Positions 50,619-59,979 of a stretch of 64,000 nt of DNA are shown here, piece by piece. Every line of letters starts with the position of its first letter. Within the stretch, counting starts at the first letter, position 1. The notes under the pieces are model-generated. The model searched no databases. It was not told where the DNA came from and worked only from the letters and a program-made list of their open reading frames with translations. A program made the position numbers and the translations under genes. Origin of the DNA: an uncultured delta proteobacterium (GTDB lineage Bacteria > Desulfobacterota > Desulfuromonadia > Desulfuromonadales > JACZKF01); assembly GCA_963848425.1 (NCBI GenBank), contig CAWKDO010000005.1:82403-146402 (forward strand), given 5' to 3'.

Positions 50619-50661
50619 GTTCGCCCGACATGGGCGTGAACTTGTGGGGTGCAAGTCTCCT
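50619..50661 (+). mobile_element. 5' stub of a group IIC (attC-targeting-like) intron
   Basis: TTGT|GTTCGCCCGACATGGGCGTGAAC..GGGGTGCAAGTCTCC resembles IIC domain I; preceded by a half attC (minus strand ACAATCAGATGCAGCGGA). Confidence 0.6.
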
Positions 50662-50869
50662 TGGACATTCTCGACGCGAGGGCAGTTGTCTGCTACGCTG
50701 CGATCGAAGCAGGTCACTCGGGCGCGGAAGTTTCCCGGCACATTCAGATGACCCGTTCCGGGGTTTTTACGGCAAAGAAGCGCTGGCGGGCGGACGCGGA
50801 AGATGTTGGCAGTGAATAACGAAAAATCAGCATGTTACGCCTGCAAAATCGACAAAATGACAACGTCCC
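50661..50869 (+). mobile_element. C-terminal HTH remnant of a probable Y1/RAYT-like transposase plus its terminal motif
   Basis: [31 protein letters not shown]..-TAA (50817-50819), then GACAAAATGACAACGTCCC at 50851-50869. Confidence 0.5.
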
Positions 50870-50900
50870 CGATCTTCTCCCCAATCTTATACTCTGTTCG

Positions 50901-51806
50901 CTAATAGGCTTCCCATTTTTTCCCTGAATCTTTTTCTCGTACGAAGATGTTCGACGTATCCGACTGGGCCATGTATTCGATGTTTGTATCGCGCCGATAG
51001 CACACCAGCACATATTCTGTCTTGGTCATCTTTTCAGGGGAAAAAACTATATCCGCGGATTGATCGCATTTGGCATCAGCGAACACCAGAGGATACTGCT
51101 GGTGATCTGCATAATATGCCTCCACCATCGTCCGGCAATTCTTGAGGGCAGCAGCAGCTGCTCCGCTCCTGAGCTTCTGAGCGGTATGTACTTCGCCTGA
51201 CCAGGCGCCATACAGCAGACCGCTGAGCAGTATGGACCCGAGCAAGGCGAGAAAGAATGGGATCTTGTTTGTCTTGAGCACGATTACCGCCCGCAGCTCT
51301 TTCAATGCAATTCCCGCTACGCCCCCTGCCAAACAACCCATAATGGCGCAAGGAGGCGGTCCAATTGCTGCATCTCCCGCACCTGCCATGGCGCTTGCAT
51401 CGGCAATCAGTCCCCCAACGAGACCCAGCGTGCCACCCGTCCAGGGAAGGAAGTTCAGGGCTTTTATGTGCTCCCGGACCTGCCCGTCGATCGTTTCCTG
51501 TTCCTGGAGATACTTCATTGCGAGGGGGGTGATAGCGAGGCCCAGTACAGAAATGAAATATGCCAGGACCGGAAAAACATACACCTGCCATTGCCTGAAC
51601 GGCGCTATGTTCTTTGATCGAAAATGGAAAAAGATGGCGCAGCCGAGCAACAGAGCGGCTCCCAGGCTCAGTGCAATCCTTGTATTCTCGTTCGCGGCTA
51701 AGGACTCACCATCCCAGTTGACAATGAACAGCACATAGAGGTAGCAAGCCTGCAGGGCAGCGGCACTCAGAGTGAAAAACAGGATCATCCTTCGTGCATT
51801 TTTCAT
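50901..51806 (-). CDS. Cassette ORF: polytopic membrane protein with C-terminal type IV pilin-like domain
   Basis: Several TM helices; AAAAALKNCRTMVEAYYADHQQYP; preceded by attC core GTTAGGA. Confidence 0.65.
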   Translation of the reverse strand: MKNARRMILFFTLSAAALQACYLYVLFIVNWDGESLAANENTRIALSLGAALLLGCAIFFHFRSKNIAPFRQWQVYVFPVLAYFISVLGLAITPLAMKYLQEQETIDGQVREHIKALNFLPWTGGTLGLVGGLIADASAMAGAGDAAIGPPPCAIMGCLAGGVAGIALKELRAVIVLKTNKIPFFLALLGSILLSGLLYGAWSGEVHTAQKLRSGAAAAALKNCRTMVEAYYADHQQYPLVFADAKCDQSADIVFSPEKMTKTEYVLVCYRRDTNIEYMAQSDTSNIFVREKDSGKKWEAY

Positions 51807-51869
51807 AATCAGACCTCATGTGCGTATGATATTTTACTAAACTAAAGCTAAATACTCGCATCATTTATT

Positions 51870-51931
51870 TCCTAACGGCTTGAGGGTCTGCTGTGGAGCA
51901 AAGCGAAGACAGCAGCACCCGAGAGTTGGCG
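51870..51931 (-). mobile_element. Integron attC site
   Basis: Minus strand CGCCAAC..GGGTGCTGCTG..CAGCAGACCC..GTTAGGA; one unpaired G in the left arm; 62 bp. Confidence 0.85.
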
Positions 51932-51942
51932 AATCATTTGAA

Positions 51943-52707
51943 CTACTGCTCTTCGTATTTTCTGATCTCCACGGACCGAATTCTAAGCTCAAGACCTTTT
52001 AGGGTGAGCTTAACGACCGCAGTTCCCCCGGTAGGGCAGCAATTTGCATCCTTTTCCTTGTACAACTCCGCCTTCGCGGTCAATGCTTCCATGTCTGGCC
52101 AGATACCTTTATTGATGGATAGACCAGCGGGAACTCTTTTCGCCAGTTCGCTAACCCAGCTTCTCGTATTAACCTTCTTCCAAGCCGTACTTTTGTTGTC
52201 CCAGATGTAATACTCACTCTCGTTGCCGTTGCCAGTGCCATCCAGCCTTATTGGGATATGCATGAAAGTTCCAAACTGGTTTTTAACAACTACTGGTTTC
52301 TCATAAACATTGAGGCCAATGTCTGGCTCTCCCCGCTCAAGGAAGAGTTTTGTCTGATTTCCTGCCCCTTCCTCCACAAAAATACCGAGACCTCGTTCGC
52401 GGTAATACTGCCCTGGAAAGGATTCTTCTCCGCACTTTCCCGGTCCCGAGGAATAATCGGGGATAATACAGTAGATAACGTAGTAGTACGTGCGACCAGC
52501 TACATTGCCAAAAGCCCCTGCTTCGGTGATGCCGCAGTCACGGACTTCAGTTATCTCATTGCGTTGAAGAAATTCCCTACAGTTAGAATGGGTGGGGCGA
52601 AAGGGGAGGGGAAGAGTTACCTCGGTGGTTCCCGCCATGGCAGATCGTTTGGATGTGATTACTAATGCTAGCAATAGTCCTGTTATGAGGATAAGTCTGC
52701 AACTCAT
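51943..52707 (-). CDS. Cassette ORF: exported hypothetical protein with DANCCPTGG motif
   Basis: GGAG RBS just after GTTGGCA core; signal peptide; attC on both sides. Confidence 0.75.
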   Translation of the reverse strand: MSCRLILITGLLLALVITSKRSAMAGTTEVTLPLPFRPTHSNCREFLQRNEITEVRDCGITEAGAFGNVAGRTYYYVIYCIIPDYSSGPGKCGEESFPGQYYRERGLGIFVEEGAGNQTKLFLERGEPDIGLNVYEKPVVVKNQFGTFMHIPIRLDGTGNGNESEYYIWDNKSTAWKKVNTRSWVSELAKRVPAGLSINKGIWPDMEALTAKAELYKEKDANCCPTGGTAVVKLTLKGLELRIRSVEIRKYEEQ

Positions 52708-52716
52708 GATATCTCC

Positions 52717-52786
52717 TGCCAACGGGGCTGCGCTTGACCTGCCGGGCGGCTTTATCGCCCGGTCACGGTCTGAGCGCGTGTTGGGC
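52717..52786 (-). mobile_element. Integron attC site
   Basis: Minus strand GCCCAAC..GCGCTCAGACC..CCGGGCG/CGCCCGG..GGTCAAGCGC..GTTGGCA; 70 bp. Confidence 0.75.
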
Positions 52787-52883
52787 TATCCGTTAAAGAA
52801 CTTGAAGAAGTAAAGAGGTGGTCCCCAGAAATCGGACAGCGTGCTAAGGTGGGTCGCCGCACACTGACGAAGGAGGACCACCC

Positions 52884-53177
52884 GTGAGCAAGAACAAACG
52901 CAGACGCTTTTCCGCCGAGCTCAAAGCCAAAGTCGCCCTGGAGGCGATTCGCGGCGAGCAGACCATCAACGAATTGGCCGCCCGCTACGAGTTGCACCCC
53001 AACATGATCACCAACTGGAAGCGGCAGGCCATCGACAACCTGGCCACGGTCTTTGCCGGCACCGTCGAGCGCAGCAACAAAGCCGATGAAGACCAGATCA
53101 ACAACCTGCACGCCAAGATCGGGCAGCTCACGGTCGAGCGCGATTTTTTGGCCAAAGCCTTCGGTCGCGTTCGCTGA
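52884..53177 (+). CDS. IS3 transposase OrfA
   Basis: RRRFSAELKAKVALEAIRGE.TI.ELA..Y.LHP; KIGQLTVERDFL. Confidence 0.9.
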   Translation: MSKNKRRRFSAELKAKVALEAIRGEQTINELAARYELHPNMITNWKRQAIDNLATVFAGTVERSNKADEDQINNLHAKIGQLTVERDFLAKAFGRVR

Positions 53178-53201
53178 GTCCGACGCGAAGGAAAGAGCTG
53201 G

Positions 53202-54050
53202 TTGAACCCGGCCATCCCCGACTCAGCATTGCCCGGCAGTGCCAACTCCTCTCGATCCAAAGGTCAGCTTATTACTACCGACCGGCTGGCGAGAGCTTGC
53301 AGAATCTGGAACTGGATGCGCCTGATCGATGAGCAGTTTCTGGAAACACCGTGGTACGGCGCCCGCCAGATGACACGGCACCTGCGCCGGGAAGGGCATG
53401 CCGTCAATCGCAAGCGGATCGGCCGTTTGATGCAGACGATGGGGCTGTCGGCGGTCTATCAGAAGCCGAACACCTCGAAGCCGCACCCGCAGCACAAGGT
53501 GTATCCCTATCTGTTGCGCAATTTGACCATCGACCGGCCCAATCAGGTCTGGTGCGCCGACATCACCTACATCCCGATGCGGCGCGGCTTCCTCTATTTA
53601 GTAGCGATCATGGACTGGGCCAGTCGCAAGGTTTTGTCCTGGCGGCTGGCCAATACCCTGGACGCCGATTTTTGTGTTGCGGCACTTGAAGAGGCTCTGG
53701 CTCGCTACGGCACCCCTGAAATCTTCAATACCGATCAGGGGAGCCAATTCACCAGCGATACCTTCACTCAGGTTCTCAAAGACGCCAACGTCCGCATCTC
53801 CATGGATGGCAAGGGGCGTTGGCGGGACAACATCATGATCGAACGGCTCTGGCGCTCCCTGAAATACGAGTGCATCTATCTGCACGCATTCGAAACCGGT
53901 AACGAGGTTCGGCAAGGCCTCAAGCGCTGGATCGACCTCTACAACACGCGGCGCCCTCACTCCAGTCTGGACGACAAAACCCCGGATGAGGCATATTGGC
54001 AAAAATCTCGGCCCGGCTACGCCGGCCCGACTCTCTCGCTGGCGGCATAA
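53202..54050 (+). CDS. IS3 transposase OrfB (integrase core); 5' part frameshifted
   Basis: WCADITY, FNTDQGSQFTS, DNIMIERLWRSLKYE, RRPHSSL. Confidence 0.92.
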   Translation: MNPAIPDSALPGSANSSRSKGQLITTDRLARACRIWNWMRLIDEQFLETPWYGARQMTRHLRREGHAVNRKRIGRLMQTMGLSAVYQKPNTSKPHPQHKVYPYLLRNLTIDRPNQVWCADITYIPMRRGFLYLVAIMDWASRKVLSWRLANTLDADFCVAALEEALARYGTPEIFNTDQGSQFTSDTFTQVLKDANVRISMDGKGRWRDNIMIERLWRSLKYECIYLHAFETGNEVRQGLKRWIDLYNTRRPHSSLDDKTPDEAYWQKSRPGYAGPTLSLAA

Positions 54051-54156
54051 CCATCATGGCGATCCACCTTAACCCCGCCGCCTACCTGTCCTAACGATGG
54101 GGATCACCTCTGCAAGTCCGTTAGACTTACAAATAAACATTCTGGAGTAAACTTGT

Positions 54157-54693
54157 ATGAAACTTGTAAACCTAACTAATAGAAGTTTTCATGTTTTTAT
54201 TGCTTTCATTCTTATAACATCTAGCTTTTCATATGCCTCTAGTCCGGTCAATATGCAGCCTGGGTTATGGTTAATTGGAACTGCATTATATGCCCAGGAT
54301 GGTACACGTTTGATTCCTATGAGTAATAAACAATTCTGTTATACAAGGGAGGATCTAGACATATTAGAAAGAGACCAAATTACCTTACCCCATCCAGAAG
54401 CTTCGAGTGGCGGCCTACAAAAAGATGATGGTTGTGAAATTAGCGATTACAAACACGTCGGTGATAAGATTACTTGGGGTCAGAGATGTGAGAAAACGGT
54501 AAATTTCCCCAATGAAAAACGTGAATTTTTGCCTACTACTTTCATTTCTTTGGACGATGGGAGGGGCGAGTGCAATTACAAAGGCGATGCATTCTCTTGT
54601 TCTCTTATTTATATTTCATATATCGAGCCAGGTTCCCAAGGTGCACCTCATAAACAGTACTTTATAGGTAAGCGCATTGGAAATTGCCGTTGA
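54157..54693 (+). CDS. Cassette ORF: DUF3617-like exported protein
   Basis: Signal peptide, MQPGLW, C-terminal GKRIGNC; bounded by complementary cores GTTAGAC (54120) and GTCTAAC (54710). Confidence 0.7.
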   Translation: MKLVNLTNRSFHVFIAFILITSSFSYASSPVNMQPGLWLIGTALYAQDGTRLIPMSNKQFCYTREDLDILERDQITLPHPEASSGGLQKDDGCEISDYKHVGDKITWGQRCEKTVNFPNEKREFLPTTFISLDDGRGECNYKGDAFSCSLIYISYIEPGSQGAPHKQYFIGKRIGNCR

Positions 54694-54734
54694 TCAAATG
54701 ATAACCTTTGTCTAACAATCAAACGAGACCTTAC

Positions 54735-54753
54735 GGGACGTTGTCATTTTGTC
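54735..54753 (-). repeat. Perfect 19-bp inverted copy of 50851-50869
   Basis: GGGACGTTGTCATTTTGTC is the reverse complement of GACAAAATGACAACGTCCC. Confidence 0.85.
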
Positions 54754-54869
54754 AAATCTAACTTTCTAACCACCTGAATTATTGGGGAAATTGGGACATC
54801 TCCCGTATTTCCGCTAAGATGCCTTTCCCCGCGTCGTTCTCCTCTCGTGGTGTCACATCGACGGAAGCA

Positions 54870-55220
54870 TCAGCGCCTGATATCCACAGCAGCCAGTAGC
54901 GCCTTTTCGATTCCGGCAAGAATTTCGGGCGGCAGCATGCCGATGCGGGTCGTCAGCTTGCTTCGATCAAGAGTAGTGATCTGATGGCAGAGTGCGGTGC
55001 TGACTTGGGTGAGGCTGGCGGTACCGGAAGGCAGAAAGACGATTGTCGGGCCCCGGCGGGCCTGGGCGGCGGAAGTGGACACCGGGATGACGATAATCGA
55101 CTTCCATCCCGGTGTCTGATTGAAGGCGTCGTGCGAAAGAACGATCACAGGCCGGCGACCGCTCTGCTCCGAGCCGGAGCGGGGAGAAAGCTCTGCCCAA
55201 TAAACCTCTCCCCGCTTCAC
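54870..55220 (-). CDS. mazF: PemK/MazF family toxin
   Basis: RGEVYWAEL.P..GSEQSGRRPVIVLS..FN; LCHQITTLDRSKL. Confidence 0.92.
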   Translation of the reverse strand: MKRGEVYWAELSPRSGSEQSGRRPVIVLSHDAFNQTPGWKSIIVIPVSTSAAQARRGPTIVFLPSGTASLTQVSTALCHQITTLDRSKLTTRIGMLPPEILAGIEKALLAAVDIRR

Positions 55221-55480
55221 GATTGACGATCCTGATCCAACATGTGCTCTACCGCTGCGACTTCGAGATCCTGGTCGAGATCGTCGCTGCTCCCTGCTTT
55301 TGCGGCGGCATAATGGGCAATCTCTTCATGCAAGGCTAACCGCTCCTGCTCTTCCAGCCAATATTCCACCGCTTGCTTGGCCAGTTGGGTAGCCGGCTTT
55401 TTCTGGCGTTGCGCCTCGTTCTTGAGCCTGTCGTAAACTACGGCCGGAAGTGGGACGTGAAAATTATGTGTAGTTTTCAT
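55217..55480 (-). CDS. Antitoxin (RHH-like)
   Basis: NFHVPLP..VYDRLK.EA; acidic tail DLDQDLE; 4-nt overlap with toxin. Confidence 0.8.
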   Translation of the reverse strand: MKTTHNFHVPLPAVVYDRLKNEAQRQKKPATQLAKQAVEYWLEEQERLALHEEIAHYAAAKAGSSDDLDQDLEVAAVEHMLDQDRQS

Positions 55481-55491
55481 GGCGAGCCTCC

Positions 55492-55528
55492 TGCCATGCA
55501 TTTTATGGCATAAACCGTGCTCTTGCAA
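55492..55528 (-). promoter_or_regulatory. TA promoter with operator palindrome
   Basis: TTGCAA-N17-TAAAAT; TGCCAT-N7-ATGGCA over the -10. Confidence 0.6.
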
Positions 55529-55550
55529 GGATCAAAACCTTGTCAAGAAA

Positions 55551-56440
55551 TTACAGCCCCTCCTCGCGCAGCTTCTCCAGTAGCTCCTTCTGCCGAGCCG
55601 TCAGTTTCGTCGGCACCATCACCTCCAGGACGGCATACAAATCGCCGTGGCTGCCGCGAAACGGCACGCCGAACCCTTTAAGGCGGATCTTGCCGCCGAC
55701 CTGCATGCCGGCCGGCACCTTCACCCGCTTTGTCCCCTCCAGAGTGGTCACGTCCACCGAAGTCCCGAGGCAGGCGCCGCTGAAGGGAACCTGCACCTTG
55801 ACGTAGAGGTCCTGCCCGTCGCGGCTGAAGAGCGGATCGGCTTCCACCTGGATTTCCAGTAAAAGATCCCCTCCGGGCCGCCGGTGGGGCTGGCGCCCCC
55901 CTTTCCCGCCACCCGCAGTCGTTGCCCCGATTCGATCCCCGGCGGGATGCGCACCTGTAGTTGCTCTACGCTGCCATCGCGCTGAAAATCGACGCGTTTC
56001 TCGCCTCCCAGCACCGCCAGACTGAAGGGGATGGCGAGGCGCAGGACGTAATCCTGTCCTTTGAGTGCCTGCGCCGGGCCCCCGCCGTGGAAAGTCGTGC
56101 GGCCACGCATGCCGCCGCCGAACAGATGGCCGAAGATGTCCTCGTTGCCAATACCGAATTCGCGGAAAATGTCGCCAACATCGAAATTGCGGAAGATATC
56201 CTCCTGACTATAGCGCTGATGGAAACCGCTCTCGCCGAACTGATCGTACTGCTTGCGCTTTTCGGCATCGGAGAGGACCGCGTATGCCTCGGTGATCTCC
56301 TTGAACTTCTCCTCGGCTTTCTTGTCGTCCGGATTTTTGTCCGGATGATACTTGAGCGCCAGCTTGCGATACGCCTTCTTGATCTCTTCGGCACTGGCGT
56401 CTTTCTTGACGCCGAGAGTGCCATAATAATCCTTCGCCAT
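55551..56440 (-). CDS. cbpA: DnaJ class B chaperone (CbpA-like), one frameshift near 55860
   Basis: DYY..LG, YHPDKN, EAY.VLSD..KR..YD; DnaJ C domain; no Zn finger. Confidence 0.88.
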
Positions 56441-56472
56441 AATGCCTCGAATAAAGAAAATTGCTTCTCATC

Positions 56473-56579
56473 AATATAATGAGCCGCTTGCAACGCGTCA
56501 AGGGCGCTTTCGCCGTGCGCCACCCAAGAAGGATCTTGACTGAAATGGTTATTCCGTCTAATATTTCGTAAACCGAAAT
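56473..56579. promoter_or_regulatory. Divergent sigma70 promoters (cbpA and marR-hemG) with MarR-type operator
   Basis: Minus TTGACG-N17-TATATT (56501-56473); plus TTGACT-N17-TAATAT (56536-56564); ATTTCG-N5-CGAAAT (56563-56579). Confidence 0.65.
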
Positions 56580-56593
56580 GTTTGGAGAGGAAA

Positions 56594-57022
56594 ATGAAAA
56601 GGATTGAGCGCCTTGCCCGACTTTATCCGCACCTGCTGGGAAGGATGGGACGGCTGCGCACCCTGGTTCACGAGGGGATGGACCTCACCTACAACCAGTA
56701 CAAGACGCTGCTGACGATCGCCGGCCAGCCCGAATGCTCACTCGGCGATCTGGCGCGCGAGCTGGAAGTGGCGATGAGCAGCGCCAGCCAGATGGTCGAG
56801 CGTCTGGTTGGGCAGGGTTGGGTGCACCGGCAGCAGGATGCCGGCAATCGCCGACAGATCCTGCTGCGGCTGACGCTGCAAGGGGAGGAGCTGGTGGCGG
56901 AGCTGCAGCGGACCAGTCTGAGCGGCTATGAAAAGATACTCCGGCAGTTGCCGGACGAGGAACAGGAAGCCCTGGTGCAATCGTTCGAGACGATTGCCCG
57001 CATTCTCGCCAAATTGACCTGA
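56594..57022 (+). CDS. MarR family regulator
   Basis: LTYNQY..L, DLA..L.V..SSASQMVERLV..GWV.R..D..NRR....LT..G. Confidence 0.9.
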   Translation: MKRIERLARLYPHLLGRMGRLRTLVHEGMDLTYNQYKTLLTIAGQPECSLGDLARELEVAMSSASQMVERLVGQGWVHRQQDAGNRRQILLRLTLQGEELVAELQRTSLSGYEKILRQLPDEEQEALVQSFETIARILAKLT

Positions 57023-57043
57023 GGCCACAGAAACGGAGGTTGC

Positions 57044-58458
57044 ATGACTCGCATTGCTGTCATCGGCGGAGGTATTTCCGGTCTTTCCACCGTCCACGCC
57101 CTGGAGCGGCTGGCCAAGGAGGCCGGGCTGGAGATTTCGACGGTGCTTCTGGAAAAGGAAGAGCGCATCGGCGGCAAAATCTGGAGCCGGCGCGAGGAAG
57201 GCTATCTCTGCGAGTGGGGGCCAAACGGTTTTCTCGACAGCAAGCCGATGACCCTCGAACTCTGCGATCGCCTCGGGATCCGCGAGCGTCTGCTGCGCTC
57301 CGACGACAACGCTCGCAAGCGTTTCATTATTACCGGCGGTCAGTTGCACCGGCTGCCGGAAAACGGCCCGATCGTTTCTCAAATCGAAACTGATCTGCTG
57401 GCCGGGGAAGGCTGCGCCTCGCCTGCGAGCTGTTCATTCCGGCCAAGCGCGACGGCGTAGACGAGACCCTCGCCGACTTTCGCCCGCCGCCGCCTCGGCG
57501 CGGAAGCCCTCGATAAATTGATCGGGCCGATGGTCTCGGGGATCTTTGCCGGCGATCCGGAGACGATGAGCCTGCAAAGCTGCTTTCCGCGCATCTATCA
57601 ATTGGAACAGGAATACGGCGGCCTGATCCGGGCGATGATCAAGCTGGCAAAGAAGAAGAGGCCGAACGCAAGGCCGGCAAGGCGGTGGCGAGCGCCGCCG
57701 GTCCCGGCGGGGTTCTGACCTCTTTTCGTGACGGGAATCCAGGAGTTGACCGATGCGACCGCCGCCGGGCTGGCCGGCAGGTGCGTAGCGGCGCCGAGGT
57801 GACGGCGATCTGTGGCCGCAAAGGGCGGTTTTGAGCTGCAGACTGGCCGACGGCGGCAGCGGTCGAGGCCGAACTGGTGGTCAGCGCCGCCCCGGCCCAT
57901 GCCTTGGCGGCGATGGTCGAAGGCCTCGACCCTGAGATGTCCGCCGATCTTGCGCGAGATCCCCTATGCGCCGATGAACGTCGATCTGCTTCGGCTACGC
58001 GCGCGAGAAGATAGCCCGCGATCTCGACGGTTTCGGCTATCTGATCCCGCGCAAGGAGGGGAAGCATATCCTCGGCACCCTCTGGGATTCGAGCATCTTC
58101 CCGAATCGCGCGCCGGAAGGGCAGGTGCTGCTGCGCTCGATGATGGGCGGGGCGACCAATCCGGCGGCGATCGACCTCACCGAGGCCGAGGTGATGACAG
58201 CGGGTCATGGCCGACCTGCGCGAGATCATGGGGATCGACGCCGAGCCCGACTTCGTGCGGATCTTCCGCCACCACCGGGCGATTCCGCAATACATCGCCG
58301 GCCACAGCCGGCGTCTGCTTGCCCTTGATGAGCGCTGTGAAGGCTACCCCGGCCTCTTCCTGACCGGCAACGCCTTTTTCGGCGTCGGCCTGAACGATTG
58401 TGTCAACGCTTCCAATCAGGTGGCAGGCCGCGTCATGGGATTTCTGCAGACACGATGA
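57044..58458 (+). CDS. hemG: Protoporphyrinogen/coproporphyrinogen oxidase (HemY type), frameshifted
   Basis: IGGGISGL, EWGPNGFL, SGIFAGDP, GFGYLIP, AIPQY..GH, GVGLNDC. Confidence 0.9.
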
Positions 58459-58539
58459 CAGAAGGGGGGTTCCCTTTTGCCCGGCTCCTGAGGTAAAATG
58501 TCGCACTTTCAGCCAGTTCGACTTTATCCAAGGAGTTCC

Positions 58540-59451
58540 ATGCCCGCCGGAAGCCATCGCCGCTGGTTCAGCCTGCTCACCCTTCTCGTTATTCTGACTC
58601 TTCCCGCCACCGCCGGTGCCAGCCGCGATCCGGTTGCGGCGGCACCGGCGCGGGATCTTCTTGCCGATACGTCGCTGCGCGTCCGCTCCTGGGAAAGGGA
58701 CGGTCTGCTTGGGGCCGAGATCGCCGGACTTCTCGACTACCCGGTCGCGCAAGTCCGCGACACCCTCAGCCGCCCGGAGGCGTGGTGTGAATTCCTCCCC
58801 CTGGTCTTCAATATCAAATCATGCACCTACGCCGGGGAGGATGGACAACAACGGTTGACCGTTTATGTCGGGCGCAAATTCTACGAGGCGCCGGAAGAGT
58901 CATATCGCCTCGACTACCTTTTCCAGGTGCAGGAGCAGAGTAAGGATCGCGTCCGGATTCTGCTCTTCGCTGCCGCCGGGCCGCACGGCACAGGAGATTA
59001 TCGTATCGAGGTCGAGGCGCGGGCCGAATCCGGCAACAGCACTTCGCTGCGCCTGTATTCCTCCTTTCGGCCGAGCCTGCGCAGTCGGCTGGCGACTCAA
59101 GCCTATCTCTCTTCCGCCGGCCGCGACAAGATCGGCTTTACCGTCAAGGAGAGAGTCGATGGTGAACCCGTTTATATTAGCGGAACCAGCGGCATCGTCG
59201 AGCGCAATGCCATGCGCTATTATCTGGCCCTGAAGGCTCACCTCGAGACGCTGCAGTTGCCGGAGTCGAAGCGGTTCGAGGCCCGCCTGCATGCCTGGTA
59301 CGATATGACCGACCGCTACCCGCGGCAGCTTTTCGAAATGTCGAAAGCGGAATATTTGGCGGGGAAGAGGAAGGAAAGGCAGGCGCAGCTGGAAATGCAG
59401 CGGGGGCTCGGTTACCGTTCACAACCGGTGCGCCCGGGTGCGAATTCCTGA
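58540..59451 (+). CDS. Exported hypothetical protein (START-like fold possible)
   Basis: AGGAG RBS, signal peptide, intact 303-aa frame; GIVERNAMRYYLA. Confidence 0.7.
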   Translation: MPAGSHRRWFSLLTLLVILTLPATAGASRDPVAAAPARDLLADTSLRVRSWERDGLLGAEIAGLLDYPVAQVRDTLSRPEAWCEFLPLVFNIKSCTYAGEDGQQRLTVYVGRKFYEAPEESYRLDYLFQVQEQSKDRVRILLFAAAGPHGTGDYRIEVEARAESGNSTSLRLYSSFRPSLRSRLATQAYLSSAGRDKIGFTVKERVDGEPVYISGTSGIVERNAMRYYLALKAHLETLQLPESKRFEARLHAWYDMTDRYPRQLFEMSKAEYLAGKRKERQAQLEMQRGLGYRSQPVRPGANS

Positions 59452-59467
59452 GGCAGCGGCGAACCGG

Positions 59468-59977
59468 TTAATTTACTTTTTGCGGCGGAAGACGTCGGTC
59501 TTCAGGCTGGAGACGCGGTCGAGAAAGAGCAGGCCGTCGAGGTGGTCGAGTTCGTGCTGGATCGCCACCGCCTCGAAGCCGCTGGCGCGGATGACCCGCT
59601 CGCTGCCCGTCGCGATCGAGAAATTCGACGACGATCTCTTCGGCGCGGGTGACGTTGCCGGTGTAATCGGGGACGCTCATGCACCCTTCGCGCATGACCT
59701 TCTGCCCCTCGCGGGCGATGATCTCCGGGTTGACCATGGTCAGCAGGCCGTGGTGGTTGTCGCGGCCGAGCTTGCTGCGCGAGACATCGACCACCGCCAC
59801 CCGGCGCAGATCGCCGATCTGCGGCGCGGCGACGCCGACCGAATGGCCGGCGGCGAGCATGGTGTCGACCAGATCCTGGATCAGGGCGCATCGGCCGTCG
59901 CATCGAGGCTGCTCACCGGGGCGCAGACCGTTTTCAGCCGCTGGATCGGGATAGATCAGAATGTCGCGAACCGCCAT
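59468..59977 (-). CDS. def: Peptide deformylase, frameshifted
   Basis: [23 protein letters not shown]. Confidence 0.92.
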   Translation of the reverse strand: MAVRDILIYPDPAAENGLRPGEQPRCDGRCALIQDLVDTMLAAGHSVGVAAPQIGDLRRVAVVDVSRSKLGRDNHHGLLTMVNPEIIAREGQKVMREGCMSVPDYTGNVTRAEEIVVEFLDRDGQRAGHPRQRLRGGGDPARTRPPRRPALSRPRLQPEDRRLPPQKVN

Positions 59978-59979
59978 GC

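Larger units (their letters stand above)
52811..54114 (+). mobile_element. IS3 family insertion sequence
   Basis: Terminal IRs AGAGGTGGTCCCC..GGACAG and CTGTCC..GGGGATCACCTCT; orfA HTH plus orfB DDE. Confidence 0.92.

Noticed and set aside
50501-50668. 56-aa N-terminal extension of AqpZ
   Set aside because: Runs through attC and intron debris; the RBS and family start are at 50500
55505-55521. sigma54-like ATGGCATAAACCGTGCT on +
   Set aside because: Points at no gene; explained by the TA operator and sigma70 promoter on the other strand
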